The notes under the pieces: generated by a model
The model's input: the letters and a program-made list of their open reading frames with translations, nothing else
Told to the model about the DNA's origin: nothing
Databases searched by the model: none
Program-made: the position numbers and the translations under genes
Assembly: GCA_964016885.1 (NCBI GenBank)
Contig: OZ024741.1
Span: forward strand, 121,954,001 to 122,018,000
Length of the DNA stretch: 64,000 bases
Origin: Eledone cirrhosa
Lineage: Eukaryota
Direction of reading: 5' to 3'
Shown: piece by piece, positions 28,738 to 43,292 of the stretch
Layout: each line of letters begins with the position of its first letter
Numbering within the stretch: the stretch's first letter is position 1

Positions 28738-28741
28738 TGCA

Positions 28742-28777
<36 letters not shown>

Positions 28778-29057
28778 TCCCATCCCAAATAATGCATACG
28801 CCCATTCACTCACACACACATATATATTTTGTCTGTGTAGTTGTGATTTTAGTTATTTTATATGGGTGCAGTAGAGAGTCACAATATTAAGAAGAATGGG
28901 CTGAGTAGATTACAGGTCTATAATTTGTATATATGTATTCATGCATATCTGTCTACAATAGACACAAAGATTCTACAGATATATCCCTATAATTGGGAGA
29001 ACAGTTAAGAGAAAACGATTGTATTGGATGTGTTGTCTGGTATGAGATGAGACTGCA

Positions 29058-29205
<148 letters not shown>

Positions 29206-30194
29206 CAAACAAATAATAATAAAAACTTCCTTATTAGGCTGGGGGAATAAACTGCCGATTAAATCGTAGCATTGGCCTTGGATTTTAAATGTTGTGGAAA
29301 TAACCATAGTCAGTATGATCTCCAAAGGGCATCATCTGAAAAACACCAATATTGCTTCTGAAGTGTTGCTTCGTTAGTACGGACTGTTAGTAGGATATGG
29401 ATAAAAGCCGGTAGATTAATTTCAAATAGCATCAATTTTTCTTTGTTCCTTAAAATCAAAGGCTGTAAAATGACTTTATAAAAGCTAACGCAATATTGTT
29501 AAACCTTCCTATAGATGAAAGGATCTATAGTTTAAGCCGTTTCTAGACTTTTGTGGGACGTTACTCTCTCTGAATATCTAACACTTTAACTGTATCTCTC
29601 TCTGTATAACCGCCTATCTCTCTCTTTCTGCCTCTCCCTCTGTGTGTGTCTCTCTCTCTCTTTAGATGTGTGTGTGTAGTTTTCGTGTGATTCAACCGAC
29701 CAACCAACCTACCAGCCAATCAACCAGCCAGCCAACGAACCAACAAACACCTTTCTTTTATATTATATATAGATGTTTCCAGCTGAGTAGTAGCTAGATA
29801 GGAGATATAATTAGATTTTACTTATTTCATGTAACACAGCACGACTCATTGAGCAAGTGTAGCCTCAGATTGAGCAATTCATTGTCAGTGGTATCTGGCA
29901 ATCTATCATACGTACATAAACATACATACATGCATACATAGATACATACACACATGCATATCTACATACATACACGTACACATATTTACATACCTACATC
30001 ATATATTCATATATATATATATGTATGTATATATATCCACATATACATACGCCCATATATATATACATACTCACATACATACGCATACACATACATACAT
30101 ACATACATACATACATACATACATACACACACACACATATATATACATACATACACACAAACACACATATGTATATGTGGGTGGGTGGAAAGCA

Positions 30195-30355
30195 TCTTTA
30201 AACCGAAAACAGAGTGGACTCTGCTTAAGCCATTCAAGGGCCATGTGATGGTGTTAAACAGAGTGGACTCTGCTAAAGGCATCCAAGGGCCTTGTGGTGG
30301 TGTAAAACAAAGGGCCATGGTGGTGTTAAATAGAGGTGACTCCGTTAAAGACTAA
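30195..30355. repeat. Degenerate ~47-bp tandem repeat
   Basis: aaacagagtggactctgct...caagggcc..gtg.tggtgt recurs about three times. Confidence 0.7.
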
Positions 30356-31181
30356 TCTTTATTAATTCCATTAAGCAATCTAAATGATATATTAAATATA
30401 CTCCAATTCTATTTTCTATGTTTCTTTTCTTCTATTGTATGAAGATTACCCTATTTCTCTCATATCATACACAAACAGCGACTGAATACGAACGGTGCTG
30501 GAAAATGAATTGAGATAATTGGCCGTCTGCACTTTTTGAATAGCGCTGTTTTGTTATATATATTTAGATGGGTCAAATAAGTTTTCTTGTAAATAGGCAC
30601 CACCAAGCTTAACACCATCACTTGTCTCTTAGCTGCTTTTATTTAAGTCCGATCTGTTGTTAGTTGTCGAGTCAGGTTTCCAGTATGAACAATCGGAAAA
30701 ATTCCAGGTATCCCGAGAAAGGTTTGTGGGACTTGTTCTTTCCTCTTTGATTAATTAAGCCATTAAAATGATACATCTCTCTAATGAGCAATAGCAATGT
30801 AACTCTGACGAGTGTTTAGTTAATGAATAAACGTCTGCTTAGGATAAAATGAGTTTCACTCTACCAAGGGAGATAACTCTAAAATTCTTATTCTATTAAC
30901 CGAGAAAATGCAGTGAATATACATAAGTATAAGGTGCTAAATTATTCTCTTTAATCAAAGGGCTACGTTATTAGACTAAATTATATTTGATACTGAAATT
31001 TCACAGTTTGTCTATGTGCTGATTGAAACACACACACACACACGTGCAGTTTCAAAATAAATTAAAAAAAATTAACTCTACTTACTATGGTTACCTTTAC
31101 CGATATATATATATACGGTTGGATAATACTTGTTTCCCTATATGTATTTTTTACACGTAGAAATTCATACTTTATATACTT

Positions 31182-31231
<50 letters not shown>

Positions 31232-31236
<5 letters not shown>

Positions 31237-31393
31237 AACGAGTAGGACCCCGCCGGCTGAGCTCAAGCCGTTTCGAAACGGCTTGAGCTCAGCCGTCGGG
31301 GTCCTACTCGTTCCTATTACCCACTCTACTACCCTAAGTATTGAGTACTTTGGTGCGTTATGGTCCACTTGGTTCCTTACCACATTTCCTTCG

Positions 31394-31397
<4 letters not shown>
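31232..31397. mobile_element. Head-to-head pair of PLE 3' ends forming a palindrome centred on TTTCGAAA
   Basis: ggaacgagtaggacccc.ccggctgagctcaagccgtttc|gaaacggcttgagctcagccgtcggggtcctactcgttcc plus ~80-nt tail, all within (TA)n. Confidence 0.85.
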
Positions 31398-31448
<51 letters not shown>

Positions 31449-31529
31449 AAATATATATATAATATATATATATATAAATATAATATATATATAATATATA
31501 TATATATATAAATATATATATATATAAAT

Positions 31530-31562
<33 letters not shown>

Positions 31563-31644
31563 ATATATATATATATATATAATTTATATATAATATATAT
31601 AATATATATATTATATATATAATATATATATATATATAATATAT

Positions 31645-31707
<63 letters not shown>

Positions 31708-31755
31708 TATATATAATATATATACACATATAATATATATATATATAATATATAT

Positions 31756-31815
<60 letters not shown>

Positions 31816-34800
31816 TGTATGTGTATGTATGTGTGTTCATGTATGTGGTATGTGTGTATACATATTTTGTTTTTTTATTATCCACAGTAGGTGGTGAATT
31901 GGCAGAGTCGTTAGAACGGTAGATAGAATGTTTTGCGGTCTTCAAGTTCGAATCCCACCGAGTTCAATGTTGATTTTTCATCCTTTCGATTCTTCCTCAA
32001 TAATTCTTTCTCGTTTTCTTTCCTTCTGGAAGTAATCGACTGTGTCCAAACCTGGAGATTAAGTGGACTTCATCTTGTGTACAAATCCCCTACTACTCCA
32101 TCAGGAGTTACGAGTCCATTTATATACAAGAAAGGTTCTCAGTCGTATTTGAGGTTAGAATTATGAAAAAAGGCTGTTGATAACTTGCCTATGATACTAA
32201 ACCTTAGTATTAAAACTCAGATGATGTTTTTAAGTTAAGTGAGGTTGTTACACATTATTGAGCAACAAAAGATATATATTTTCCAGCACTGTTGAAAAGT
32301 TTAACTTCATTTTTTATTTAAACATAATCGACAGATTCTTCAGGCATAGTCAACTGCTTCAGTGAGGGCGGACTCGGATGGGCTCCACTAAATTGATATC
32401 TTATTCCAAGATTTGGAGATGATTACCAGATATTTTTCTAAAATTGTATTTCTATCAGTGTTGCATTCTATTTGGAATGAAATAAACTATAAAATATATA
32501 AAATTATTCATGATTGCAGTTATTATTTTCAGTTTCTTAATAGCAGTGGGTTGGCAGTGTCAGTAGAGCTTTGCAGCAAAGAATTACGTCCCTTTACGTA
32601 CTGAGTTCAAATCCCATCGTGGTTAGCTTTGCATTTCATCCTTGCGCGGTTGGTAATATAAAATACTAATAATGCACTAACGTCGGTTTAACCTCCCCCC
32701 CCCCCCCCCACACACACACACAAATGTTGGCATTGTGCTTAAGAAATTATTTTATTGGAGTTTTATACAGAAATATACATAATCTAAGTCATAATATTTA
32801 AATGAAATAAAAAAAGAAAGGAAAAGAAGAATGAGATTGAAGCAACGAAGGAAAGGGCGAGAGAGAGGAAGGGACAGCATCTACACTCAAGTCTGAGGGG
32901 TGATTCGGTCGTGCTTCACAGACAGAATGGCGAAGACATTGCCACGGAGAATGGCCAGCGGCACTCGCTGCAACAGCAAAGCCGCTTCACAATTTAGGAT
33001 TTATGAGTCAAGGGAGATACACTTTAAGCATGTTTTATGGATGTTAGTTAAAGTTAGTCTGGTCCAAGCTCTGAGGTTCCTCGGACTGTTATTTATCCCA
33101 GTTTCAATGATGTTAAGCGTCTGAAACTGTATGATGGTCCCCTGGACGTCATACTAGTTTATTGCAAAGTCACTCCTCAGCTACTACTGTCACTCATTTA
33201 TTTTCAGTTGAGTAGACTCGAGCTTCGACAAATTAAACTACTTTCTTAAACACGACATGCACATACGGACTTGGAATCGAACTCATAACTCTATGATCGT
33301 GAGACAAATAGTACAGGTGGGAAAAGGAAGAAGCTTATAGCTCAAAACCAAACACTAACTCAGGAGAAACGCATTCTTCATGTACTCATCACCATACCAC
33401 CTGAGTTCCTGATGAAGTCAGTCGAGGATATTCCCAGATGATTAGAAACAGTGGCGGACAACGCTGGTGCCTCTCTAAACTTTTACCACTTTACTGTACT
33501 TCTATCATTATACAATAAATCCTGTTCTATGAAAATTGACTACTATTTATTAAAGGCATTAACAATTTTAAACGGGGAGTCTCTTTCCGCTCACCCTGCA
33601 TTTCCATTAACATAAACGTTAGCGTATTGAAATAACGACAGCAAAAAAGCAAGTACTAAATTGTCATTGATTATCGATATAGATTTCCTATTTTAGTACA
33701 AGGTCACAAATATATAGCAGGGCAGCTTGACACCAAATGCTATTCAGCTGAGCTGATGGTTGGTATCTTAATCAATTCATTTTATTTACAACCTATTTTA
33801 AAAACAGCTTTCGCTGATATACACGCTCATTTGATACGATTATTTTCAGTAGGAATGATTACGCACGCAAATTTGGTTTGTTCTTCTTCAAAGTAAATGC
33901 TTTTGAGTGTGTAAATGATAGAGTAAACGTAGTAAGTCTTCATTACTTTCCACTTTCTTATAGAGTGCGGAATTTGAACTCACAACTCAAAGTGCTGGGA
34001 CAAATACTACAAGGCATCTCCTCTGATGCTCTAATTCCGCCAACTTAAAATATTACTTTATCTACATTGGAAGGATGAAAGCAAAGTTTATCTCACTCTA
34101 AGGAATCTGCCAATCCACCTATGATTAGCATATGATATGCATATGATATGCAATTCACCTATGATATGCATATTGACAGCAATAAATTCGTTACTAAACC
34201 GGCTATATACCAAAAATGACAGCTGCAATGGTAGACAACAGAGTTATTGATGCATGCATTTGACATAACAGTCAATTTTTAATAGCAATTATCTGATAGC
34301 AGACATATGTTGCTCTTCGTATGAACATTACCACACCCTAACAGCTATGTAAGCTGTTGCAATTTCGTGAATATTAAACCTGCTGCGTCTCCAAACGAAA
34401 AGATAATGAAAGAAGACTGGTTTATGTTAATAACTAAATAATTCTGTTTGCAAAAATATGAATACTATCTTTATGAAGAGAATATTAAATATGTTTTGTT
34501 AAAAATGATAAATATTAGCATATTCGTTTGTCATCAGTTGAATGCATTTTAGTGGGAAGAGGAAATAGACGGGATAATATCTTCGTCATTTTACTGTATC
34601 TACCTTGAAAAACAAACAGAACCTTAATTGTTTGAGTTTGTTGAGGAAGCGGATGCAAATGTTTCTATAAATTATCTAAACATATATTGCGATGGTAGCA
34701 GCTGGTCCACTTCCGTAATTAACAAACTATTGCATCTTCTAATAGTCACTGCAATATGTCTACGGCTGAGGTATTTTAATTGTGATAATTCAAACGTAAA

Positions 34801-35739
34801 ATGATAAATTTATCATTGTAATCAATTCATTGTACTATTCATTTCATAATCTTTAAACAACAAGCCAAGGGTATTTTACCTCTTAAAACACAGATTAGTT
34901 TTGTGAACCCAAAGGCAGGCTATATACTAATCATGGAAGAATTTTTGAAGCAATGTGGTACGATCAGATGCTCATTCTAGCACTCACCTCTTAGTTACCT
35001 CTTACGACATGAAGGCGGCGAATTAACAGAGTCGTTAGAATGTCGGTTATAATGCTTTGCAGTATTCGTTCCTACTCCCTGATTTCAAATCCTGCCGAGG
35101 TCAACTTTGCCTTTCATCAATTCGAGGTCGATAAAAAAAGAAATATCAGTCAAATACTGAGGTCAATTCTTTCCCTATATGTCTTTCTCAATTCCTTTCT
35201 CTCACTCTCTATCCTTCTCTGGAAGAAATATGCTGTATTCAAACCTGGAGAGGAGATAGACTTTATCAGGTTTTAAAATATTCTAAGAAACACCGAATGC
35301 CAATATTGTGCCCCTACGACTCCATTGGGAGTTATGGGTTCATACATGCAAACATACAATACGCAGGGGTATGGTGCACATATTTTAAACAGGACACACA
35401 ACAGGTTTTTTTATCTTTAAAAGTCGAATTAAAATCCTACCATAGCATACATGGTGGTTAAATCCGGATTTCAATATTCTGTTTGGAAATTCATAGGATG
35501 AATTGTACCTGAATTAAAGAAGAGTCAGCCTTGTCACACATTGTCACGCTGAATCTCCCGGAAAATTACGTCAAGAGTACATTTGTCTGTGGAACGCTTA
35601 GCCACTTATAGGTTAATTTCATGAGCAGGCTATTTCACTGATCGAACAACTGGAACACCCACCATGGACATCGGTAGAAATCCATCTGATGTGGTGAAAT
35701 TGGCTGTTTATATATGTGCAGTTTGATTGATTTAATGAT

Positions 35740-35808
35740 TTCTTCTTCTTCTTCTTCTTCTTCTTCTTCTTCTTCTTCTTCTTCTTCTTCTTCTTCTTCT
35801 TCTTCTTT
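35740..35808. repeat. (TTC)n microsatellite
   Basis: Direct observation. Confidence 0.95.
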
Positions 35809-36260
35809 CCCTGCCTCCAGCCCGGTGTCATCTTCAAGACCATCCTTTAGTGTGATGGTTTGTTTTCCAACACATCTGCACATATCAGATTTCCGGAAAA
35901 GAACGGTGAAGGTATGAACCTTAGAGCGATTTATATGATACCTGTGTTTTCTAGGATATGTTCTGAATCTTTACAGAATTCGTGTGAATGTATCACTAAT
36001 CCTCTTTGTGAGTATTTTTGTTCGTGTCCATGACTCACATCTGCAGAGGAGAACGGATTTAACCGTTACTTTGAATAGCCCCATTTTCATTGTTTTCTTG
36101 ATCGGGGATACCCACACCTTTGATAAGAAGTTGAGAGCCCTGTCCCTCTTTCTGCAGAAGGATGAAAAGGAAAGTTAAATTAGGCGAGATTTGAACTCAG
36201 AATGTAATGAGCTAGAACAAATGCCACAAAGCACTCTATCCACTTAGTGGTGTTTATAAT

Positions 36261-36478
36261 GATTTCTAGTATAGGCACAAGGCCAGTAATTGGGGGGGGG
36301 GGGGGGGGGGCGATTAAATTTACCCCAGTACGTTACTGGTGCTTTATTTTATCGACCCCGTAATGATGAAAGGCGAAGTTAACCTCGGCGGGATTTGAAC
36401 TCAGATCACAAAGGGTCGTAACTCTATGCTACAAAGCATGGTATCTGACTCTCTACCGCTACTGTCAATCCACTGCCC
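36261..36478 (-). mobile_element. SINE family 1 (long variant) with TSD
   Basis: Flanking direct repeat agtggtgtttataat at ~36246 and ~36482. Confidence 0.85.
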
Positions 36479-36919
36479 TTAAGTGGTGTTTATAATAATA
36501 TCTAAATGGTATTGGTAAAGTTCCCAACATTTCATTGTGTTGGTATATATTGATTATGAAATATTTGATTAATACACCTGAGAAAGGTAAACCAGGAACA
36601 GACGAAAACGATCGATACAGTGATATATTGGACAGCCCTGACCGAAATATCATTTGCAACTCTGTTGAATTAGGTTCATTACTGTTAACTCACCATCAAC
36701 CCACGTGATATGATGAGAAGGCAGCTATTGCACCAGACGGCTTCATATTAAATAGCATAGCATTTAGTAGAGAAGGAATTAAATTATTCTAATTATTAAT
36801 GTATGTATGATGTGAATGAATCACATCTCTAGCAACACAATGTATTGTTGTATTGTTTAACCGCTTTTAACTAAAGCATAACAAACGAACATCAGAGAAA
36901 GGGAATAAAAGAATATGAT

Positions 36920-36960
<41 letters not shown>

Positions 36961-37185
36961 GAGAGAGTATGAGAGACAAACAGACAAAGGAAGAAGTAAA
37001 TTGAGAGGCGAGAGAGCAAGAGTTTAAACTGATTATAACAATAACCTAGTTTGTATGAGGTGAGTGTGGCATACAATCACAGTTATTCCTGTTGAAGTTT
37101 TGAACGATGAAGACCATGTGTTCGGCATTCTAAGTTTTCTCATCGAATATTCAGATAGGAGTTTTACTAAAATCTTTATCTTTTC

Positions 37186-37745
37186 GGTGGATTGGCAAAA
37201 TCAGTAGAACGTCGGACACTATGCTTTGCAGCATTAAGATTTATGAGTTCAAATCCCGCCGAGGTTAGCTTTGCCTTTCATCCTTACAGGGTCGATAGAA
37301 TAAAGTACCAGTAGGCACTGGGGTCGATTTAATCGACTTTCCAAGGTGGTTGATTAGCAGAAGCGTTAAAGCATCATAAAAATATGTCACTTTAAGTTCT
37401 GTTTTCAAATCCTGCTGCAGTCAACTTTTCAAGGTCCATAAAATAACAGACAAGTACTAGAGTTGATTTAATCGATACCTCCCTCCTCCAAATCACAGGA
37501 CGTGTGCCTAAATTTGAAACCACAATTACAGGACAGAAGAGTGCAGTCGACAGAAACATTAGAGCATCGAATGTCTTGCGGTATTTGTCCTGGCTTTCTA
37601 CGTTCAGATTTCAAATTCTGCCGAAGTCAACTTGACCTTTCATTCTTCCAGGGTCGATGAAATAAAGTATCAATCAAGTGCCAAAGTCACCTTCATCAAT
37701 TAGCCTTTATTCACAAATTTTTGGCTTTATGTTAGAAATTATTAA
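37186..37745 (+). mobile_element. Cluster of diverged SINE family 1 copies
   Basis: Three heads/bodies in tandem. Confidence 0.75.
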
Positions 37746-38116
37746 TTACAGAGTACAGTATGTGCAATGAACTTCCGTCGGTTTCGGCGATGAGTTCGGT
37801 CAACGGAACAGCCTGCTTGTAAAACTAACGTGTAAGGAATTAAACATTTCACAGACACGCGTACCTTTAACATAATTTACATATTGCGTGCTCGTTCACT
37901 TAATGTTTGAATGCTTGAAGTACAATGATAGTTTAAATACTAATTGTAATACACACTCTCACACAAGCACCCCCCCCCCCACACACACACACATGTATAT
38001 GTGTGTTTGTGTATTATATATATATTTACACATACACATATACATACATAAATCTAGACACATAAATGCAGACACATACATACTGACACTCATATATATG
38101 TTATATGGCCCATAAT

Positions 38117-38206
<90 letters not shown>

Positions 38207-38211
<5 letters not shown>

Positions 38212-38579
38212 CGTTTCTGAATTTTTTTAGCAAGATTCTTTATCTGAAAACGTGTGTTGAAACCGATATTGTTATACTTTGGGAGGGTCATGTTGCCAAT
38301 AAGAAACACACGCACCAGTTGCTTTCACTTCAATTTATTATAATAAATAAAGATGGCGTAGGACAGAACAAAGGAGAGGCACAAAAAACAAAGAAAAGAA
38401 TTCCCAGTCACTGAAGAGGTCACAGAATGTGTGACGAAAGAACTTTGACAATATATAAACAACCATCTGATTGTGGAACCAACCTACCATTCCTAAATTT
38501 ATAAATTTATTATAATAAATTGAAGTGAAAGCAACTGGTGCGTGTGTTTCTTATTGGCAACATGACCCTCCCAAAGTAT

Positions 38580-38587
<8 letters not shown>
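38207..38587. mobile_element. Inverted pair of PLE-type termini (arms ~38266-38348 and ~38505-38587) with internal hammerhead
   Basis: ~80-bp inverted arms, ~60-nt tail on the left only, TA-flanked. Confidence 0.8.
38407..38449 (+). ncRNA. Minimal type I hammerhead motif
   Basis: guca CUGAAGA g gucaca gaaug ugugac GAAA gaac UU ugac. Confidence 0.65.
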
Positions 38588-38657
<70 letters not shown>

Positions 38658-38750
38658 TATTTTGCAATACACTGTATGCTTAATTAAAAGCATTTCGAAC
38701 ACCTTACGCTATTGTTTTAGAGCAGTGACAGTCTCACTTACTTTAAATTT

Positions 38751-38836
38751 TCAGCAAACAGGGGAGATAAAGCTGACAGAGCCCTGTTTCGTACTTTTTG
38801 GTACTTATCAAAGCTAAGTACTCCACCTGTTTGCTG
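38751..38836 (-). ncRNA. Extended type I hammerhead (U3-A8 core)
   Basis: Mirror of 39123-39207, with one stem III substitution. Confidence 0.75.
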
Positions 38837-39122
38837 AAAATCATGAATGTTTGATTCTTATAGAATTCTAGTAATAATCAGGAACTGATTATACAGAGCG
38901 GTTGCTGGTCAAGCAGAAATTGAATATTAGAATCGCTGCTCTGAAATAACTATATATATATGAATGTATATATAGTGTATTTTGCAATACCCTGTATGCT
39001 TATTTAAAAGCATTTCGAAGACCTTACGCTATCTTCAATTTCTGGTTGACCGACAACCGCTCTGTATAATCAGTTCCTGATTATTACTAGAATTCTATAA
39101 GAATCAAACATTCATGGTTTTG

Positions 39123-39207
39123 CAGCAAACAGGTGGAGTACTTAGCTTTGATAAGTACCAAAAAGTACGAAACAGAGCTCTGTCAGCTTTATCTCCTCCG
39201 TTTGCTG
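39123..39207 (+). ncRNA. Extended type I hammerhead (U3-A8 core)
   Basis: cagcaaacagguggag uacuu agcu UUGAUAA guac caaaaa guac GAAA cagagcucug UC agcu uuau cuccuccguuugcug; predicted cleavage after 39184. Confidence 0.8.
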
Positions 39208-39518
39208 AAAATTTAAAGTAAGTGAGACTGTCACTACTCTAAAACAATAGCGTAAGGTCTTCGAAATGCCTTTAATTAAGCATACAGTGTATTGCAAAAT
39301 ACACTATATATACATTCATATATATATCGCTATTTCAGAGCACCAATTCTAATTTTATATATATATATATGTATGTATGAATGTACATATATTTCCCTCC
39401 GAATCTGACAAAGATAATACAAGTATGAGACATGACAAGCAAATAATATATTTATATTAAGTATATTAATTGTGTGTGTGTTTTTGAGCGTGTACATGAG
39501 CGTGTATGACCGTGTCTG

Positions 39519-39577
<59 letters not shown>

Positions 39578-39947
39578 TGTATTAGTCTTCTTATGAGCTA
39601 TATTTTCTCTGTCGTAAAATGTTAATCTTCAGACTAGGCTGACATTCTATTTATTGACAATGAGACAATGGAGAGTCTAAATAATTAGTGTAAAACATAG
39701 CATCTGACTCATGTTTTCCTACTTTTCTGTCTCCATTTCAAATGCCTTGAAAATTGTTTCACTTATGCCAAGTTAAGTATTTCTCTATATAAGGACAGAG
39801 ATACACCGAACTATGTTGGAGATGTAGGCTAACCATATTCTTTCTCCTATAAAGTCGAAATGACAGGCAATCATATCTTGGCCAATGAAGTTCAAGCTTT
39901 TGGCTAATTTATCAACCATAATAATACGCAACTTGTGTTTGTATATT

Positions 39948-40030
<83 letters not shown>

Positions 40031-41863
40031 CCATCTGTAATTTTTAAAAACTTTCACTCACAAACATACACATATATACAAGCAATGCATATCCGATATT
40101 AATTGTGGTACCTCAAGAAAAGTTCGCTTTCCAATCACAAAATTCGGTTTCTAACTCTATATTTGCCCCTGTAATTACTTATATCATAGAAATAAAATAT
40201 AATTTGTATCTTTAATCACTTTCATGTGTCAATAATCAGAAATAACATAAATATTCAAAATGCAAATTTTCCAATAGCTTATTAATTCTGGATTCTCAAC
40301 ATTAAATACGTTCAACACCATTGCCGTCATTATTGACGGCTCTGGTCCACTAGTTTTAAACATTCAAGGCTTATGTGAATAAATAAGGCGGTGAATTGAC
40401 CGAGTCGTTAGTGGGTCGTGTAAATGTCTCATATTATTCGTTCCAACACTTTGCGTTCTGAATACTAATTCCTCTGAGGTCAACTTTGCTTTTGATCATT
40501 CCGCGGTCAATAAAATAAAGTACTAGTTAAGTATACTGTGGTCAATTTAACCAATTTTCTCATACTCCCAAATTACTGGCATTGTTCTTAAATTTATAAT
40601 CAATATATAATTTATCTTGGTTGCATAAACGGGCGAAAAATACTTCAATACGTGATATATAATTATAGCCCTAAGTGTACATATGGAGTTCCCTGCATTA
40701 GGGCATTTATTCAACCTGTGCACTCAGAAACATCAATCTCGCTCGGAAGGGCTGTCCTGCAATTTAAAGATCCAGCCGTATCAAACAGTGTGTTAGGCTG
40801 AATTTCTATGAGAATTCCACGAATGAAAAGCTTTTCTTAGTTACATACAAGCTGGAACATGCATTGTCGAAACTGACAGAAGTCAAGCAACTTGTTAAAA
40901 GTTTAGTATGATGAATAGAGTCACTGAAAATACATATTATTAAAACGCTCATCATTTTACAGAACTCCAAAAAGAAATAGACTATAGATATAATGTTGGT
41001 CATTCCTATCCCAATACGATTTGCAATGGGAATGAAGTTGAAAACAGCTGAAACATAAACCTGGAAAAAGGCCAAGAACTGTCATGAATTCTTGAAGTCA
41101 GGACATAAATTTACCTTACCACACATTCTCTCACACCTGTATGTAGAGCTAGTCAACGAAGGGGGCAGTGAATTGGTAGAGTCGTTCGAACATCGGCTAG
41201 AATGTTTTGTGGTATTCGATCCGGCTCTCTGCTTTCTGAGTTCAAATCCCACCAGGGCTAACTTCGCCGTTCAGCCATTCGAGGTCGATAAAAAGTACCT
41301 GTCTAGTACTGGGTCGATTTTTCCCCTTTCTCACTTCCATTCTCTCTCTCCTTTTCTGGAATAAATCAGACCTGGAAATGAGATGGGCTCCACGAGGATT
41401 AAAACATTCCCTAAGAAACGCCGTATGTCGATATGACGCCCCTACGACTCTCTCGGGAATTACGGGTCCCTACTAGTCAACGAGGGAGCCTCTATGGAGT
41501 TGCTAGAAATATAAGCCAAATTCACTCAAATAAAATTATGTTGTATTAAGCAGGAAGGAAACATTGGACAAGGCATTGTTTGGAATACATAAATATGGGA
41601 GGTCCAAATCTGGAACGCATTTGGTAATAGAACGGCTTGGTCACGGTTCATCTGATGTCTAATCCACATATCTCACTGTCCACATCTCATATTTTGTTTT
41701 GATATATTGTTTCTGGCGATAGAAAGCATACTGCATGTGGTGCTTCGAGGCGGATTGTAAGAAGGTGCATAACTGTCATTGATAATTTTTTAATCTGAAA
41801 TGATCGTAAAACAATGGATTAATTAATGATTTCCAAAGTTTTCTTTTTTCCCCTTATTTTTTA

Positions 41864-41945
<82 letters not shown>

Positions 41946-41949
41946 TATA

Positions 41950-41989
<40 letters not shown>

Positions 41990-42094
41990 CTTTTCTATAT
42001 AAATTGAGCCAACATATGCAGCTTCATATGCAAATGAGATTAATCTATATATTCTCGACTGTTTTCAATTCCAGCAGTAGCAAACGATGGGAAG

Positions 42095-42140
42095 GACCGT
42101 CCTGACAAAGGCCAGTCAAGCCTGAAATGCATAGGCGGTT
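42095..42140 (+). ncRNA. Minimal type I hammerhead with G8A change (probably inactive)
   Basis: gaccguc CUGACAA aggc cagucaa gccu GAAA ugca UA ggcgguu. Confidence 0.65.
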
Positions 42141-42295
42141 GTCCCTCTTGCTTCTGCTGGACACCACCAGAGGGCGTTAGCCCCGGTGTTAGCCCCGGTG
42201 TTTGCATAACTACGGCTTCCTAAAACCGTATTCCTTTAGAAATACGAAATTCCTATACATATTGTATAATGCTATACTTGAAGCGAAATCTTATT

Positions 42296-42405
<110 letters not shown>

Positions 42406-42766
42406 GCACACACACACACAAATACATGGAAATGTATATTCATTCTGATTATAAACAAATACAAGAGATATATGTATAATTTAAAATGATGTACACGTAA
42501 ATATTGTTTGTTTTAACGGTAGAGGCGTTAACAAACTCCAATAAATGATATTGGAGGCGTGGTTTATTCCATAAACACACACGCACGCATATATATATAC
42601 ACGCACGCATATATATATACACACGCACACATATATATGTATATATTTAGAGAAATCAATATATCTACTCACACTAATTTAAACATTGGCGATTTACTAC
42701 ATTCCATATTGGACTTCCTGAAAACTTAAAAATATCAGCACTTACAAAATAGAGAGGTAAATTTAT

Positions 42767-42817
<51 letters not shown>

Positions 42818-42818
42818 C

Positions 42819-42849
<31 letters not shown>

Positions 42850-42850
42850 C

Positions 42851-42907
<57 letters not shown>

Positions 42908-42918
42908 CTATCTACCTC

Positions 42919-42987
<69 letters not shown>

Positions 42988-43010
42988 TCTACCTATCTTT
43001 CTATCTATCT
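42767..43010. repeat. (CTAT)n microsatellite
   Basis: Direct observation. Confidence 0.95.
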
Positions 43011-43243
43011 AATCGGTTACTTTCAAAAGCAAACGAAGACGGTAGATGCGGTTACCTCTATGAAACCACTGGCAATGCATAACTAAGTCATAATGTTCCC
43101 GTACATATTCTCAACTTCCACATTATGTATCGATTGTTCTTTTCTTTCGTTAGTAGCCCTTGCACCCCCCCCCCCTATATATATGTGTGTCTGTGTCTAT
43201 ATACATATACACACACATACACATACATATATATACATAAATG

Positions 43244-43292
<49 letters not shown>

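Larger units (their letters stand above)
38652..39355. mobile_element. Retrozyme-like non-coding element: 320-nt monomer, ~1.2 copies (-) joined head-to-head with 1.0 circularly permuted copy (+)
   Basis: gtgtattttgcaatac recurs at 38655 and 38975 (period 320). 39034-39353 is the reverse complement and runs through the monomer junction. One HHR per monomer. Confidence 0.75.
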
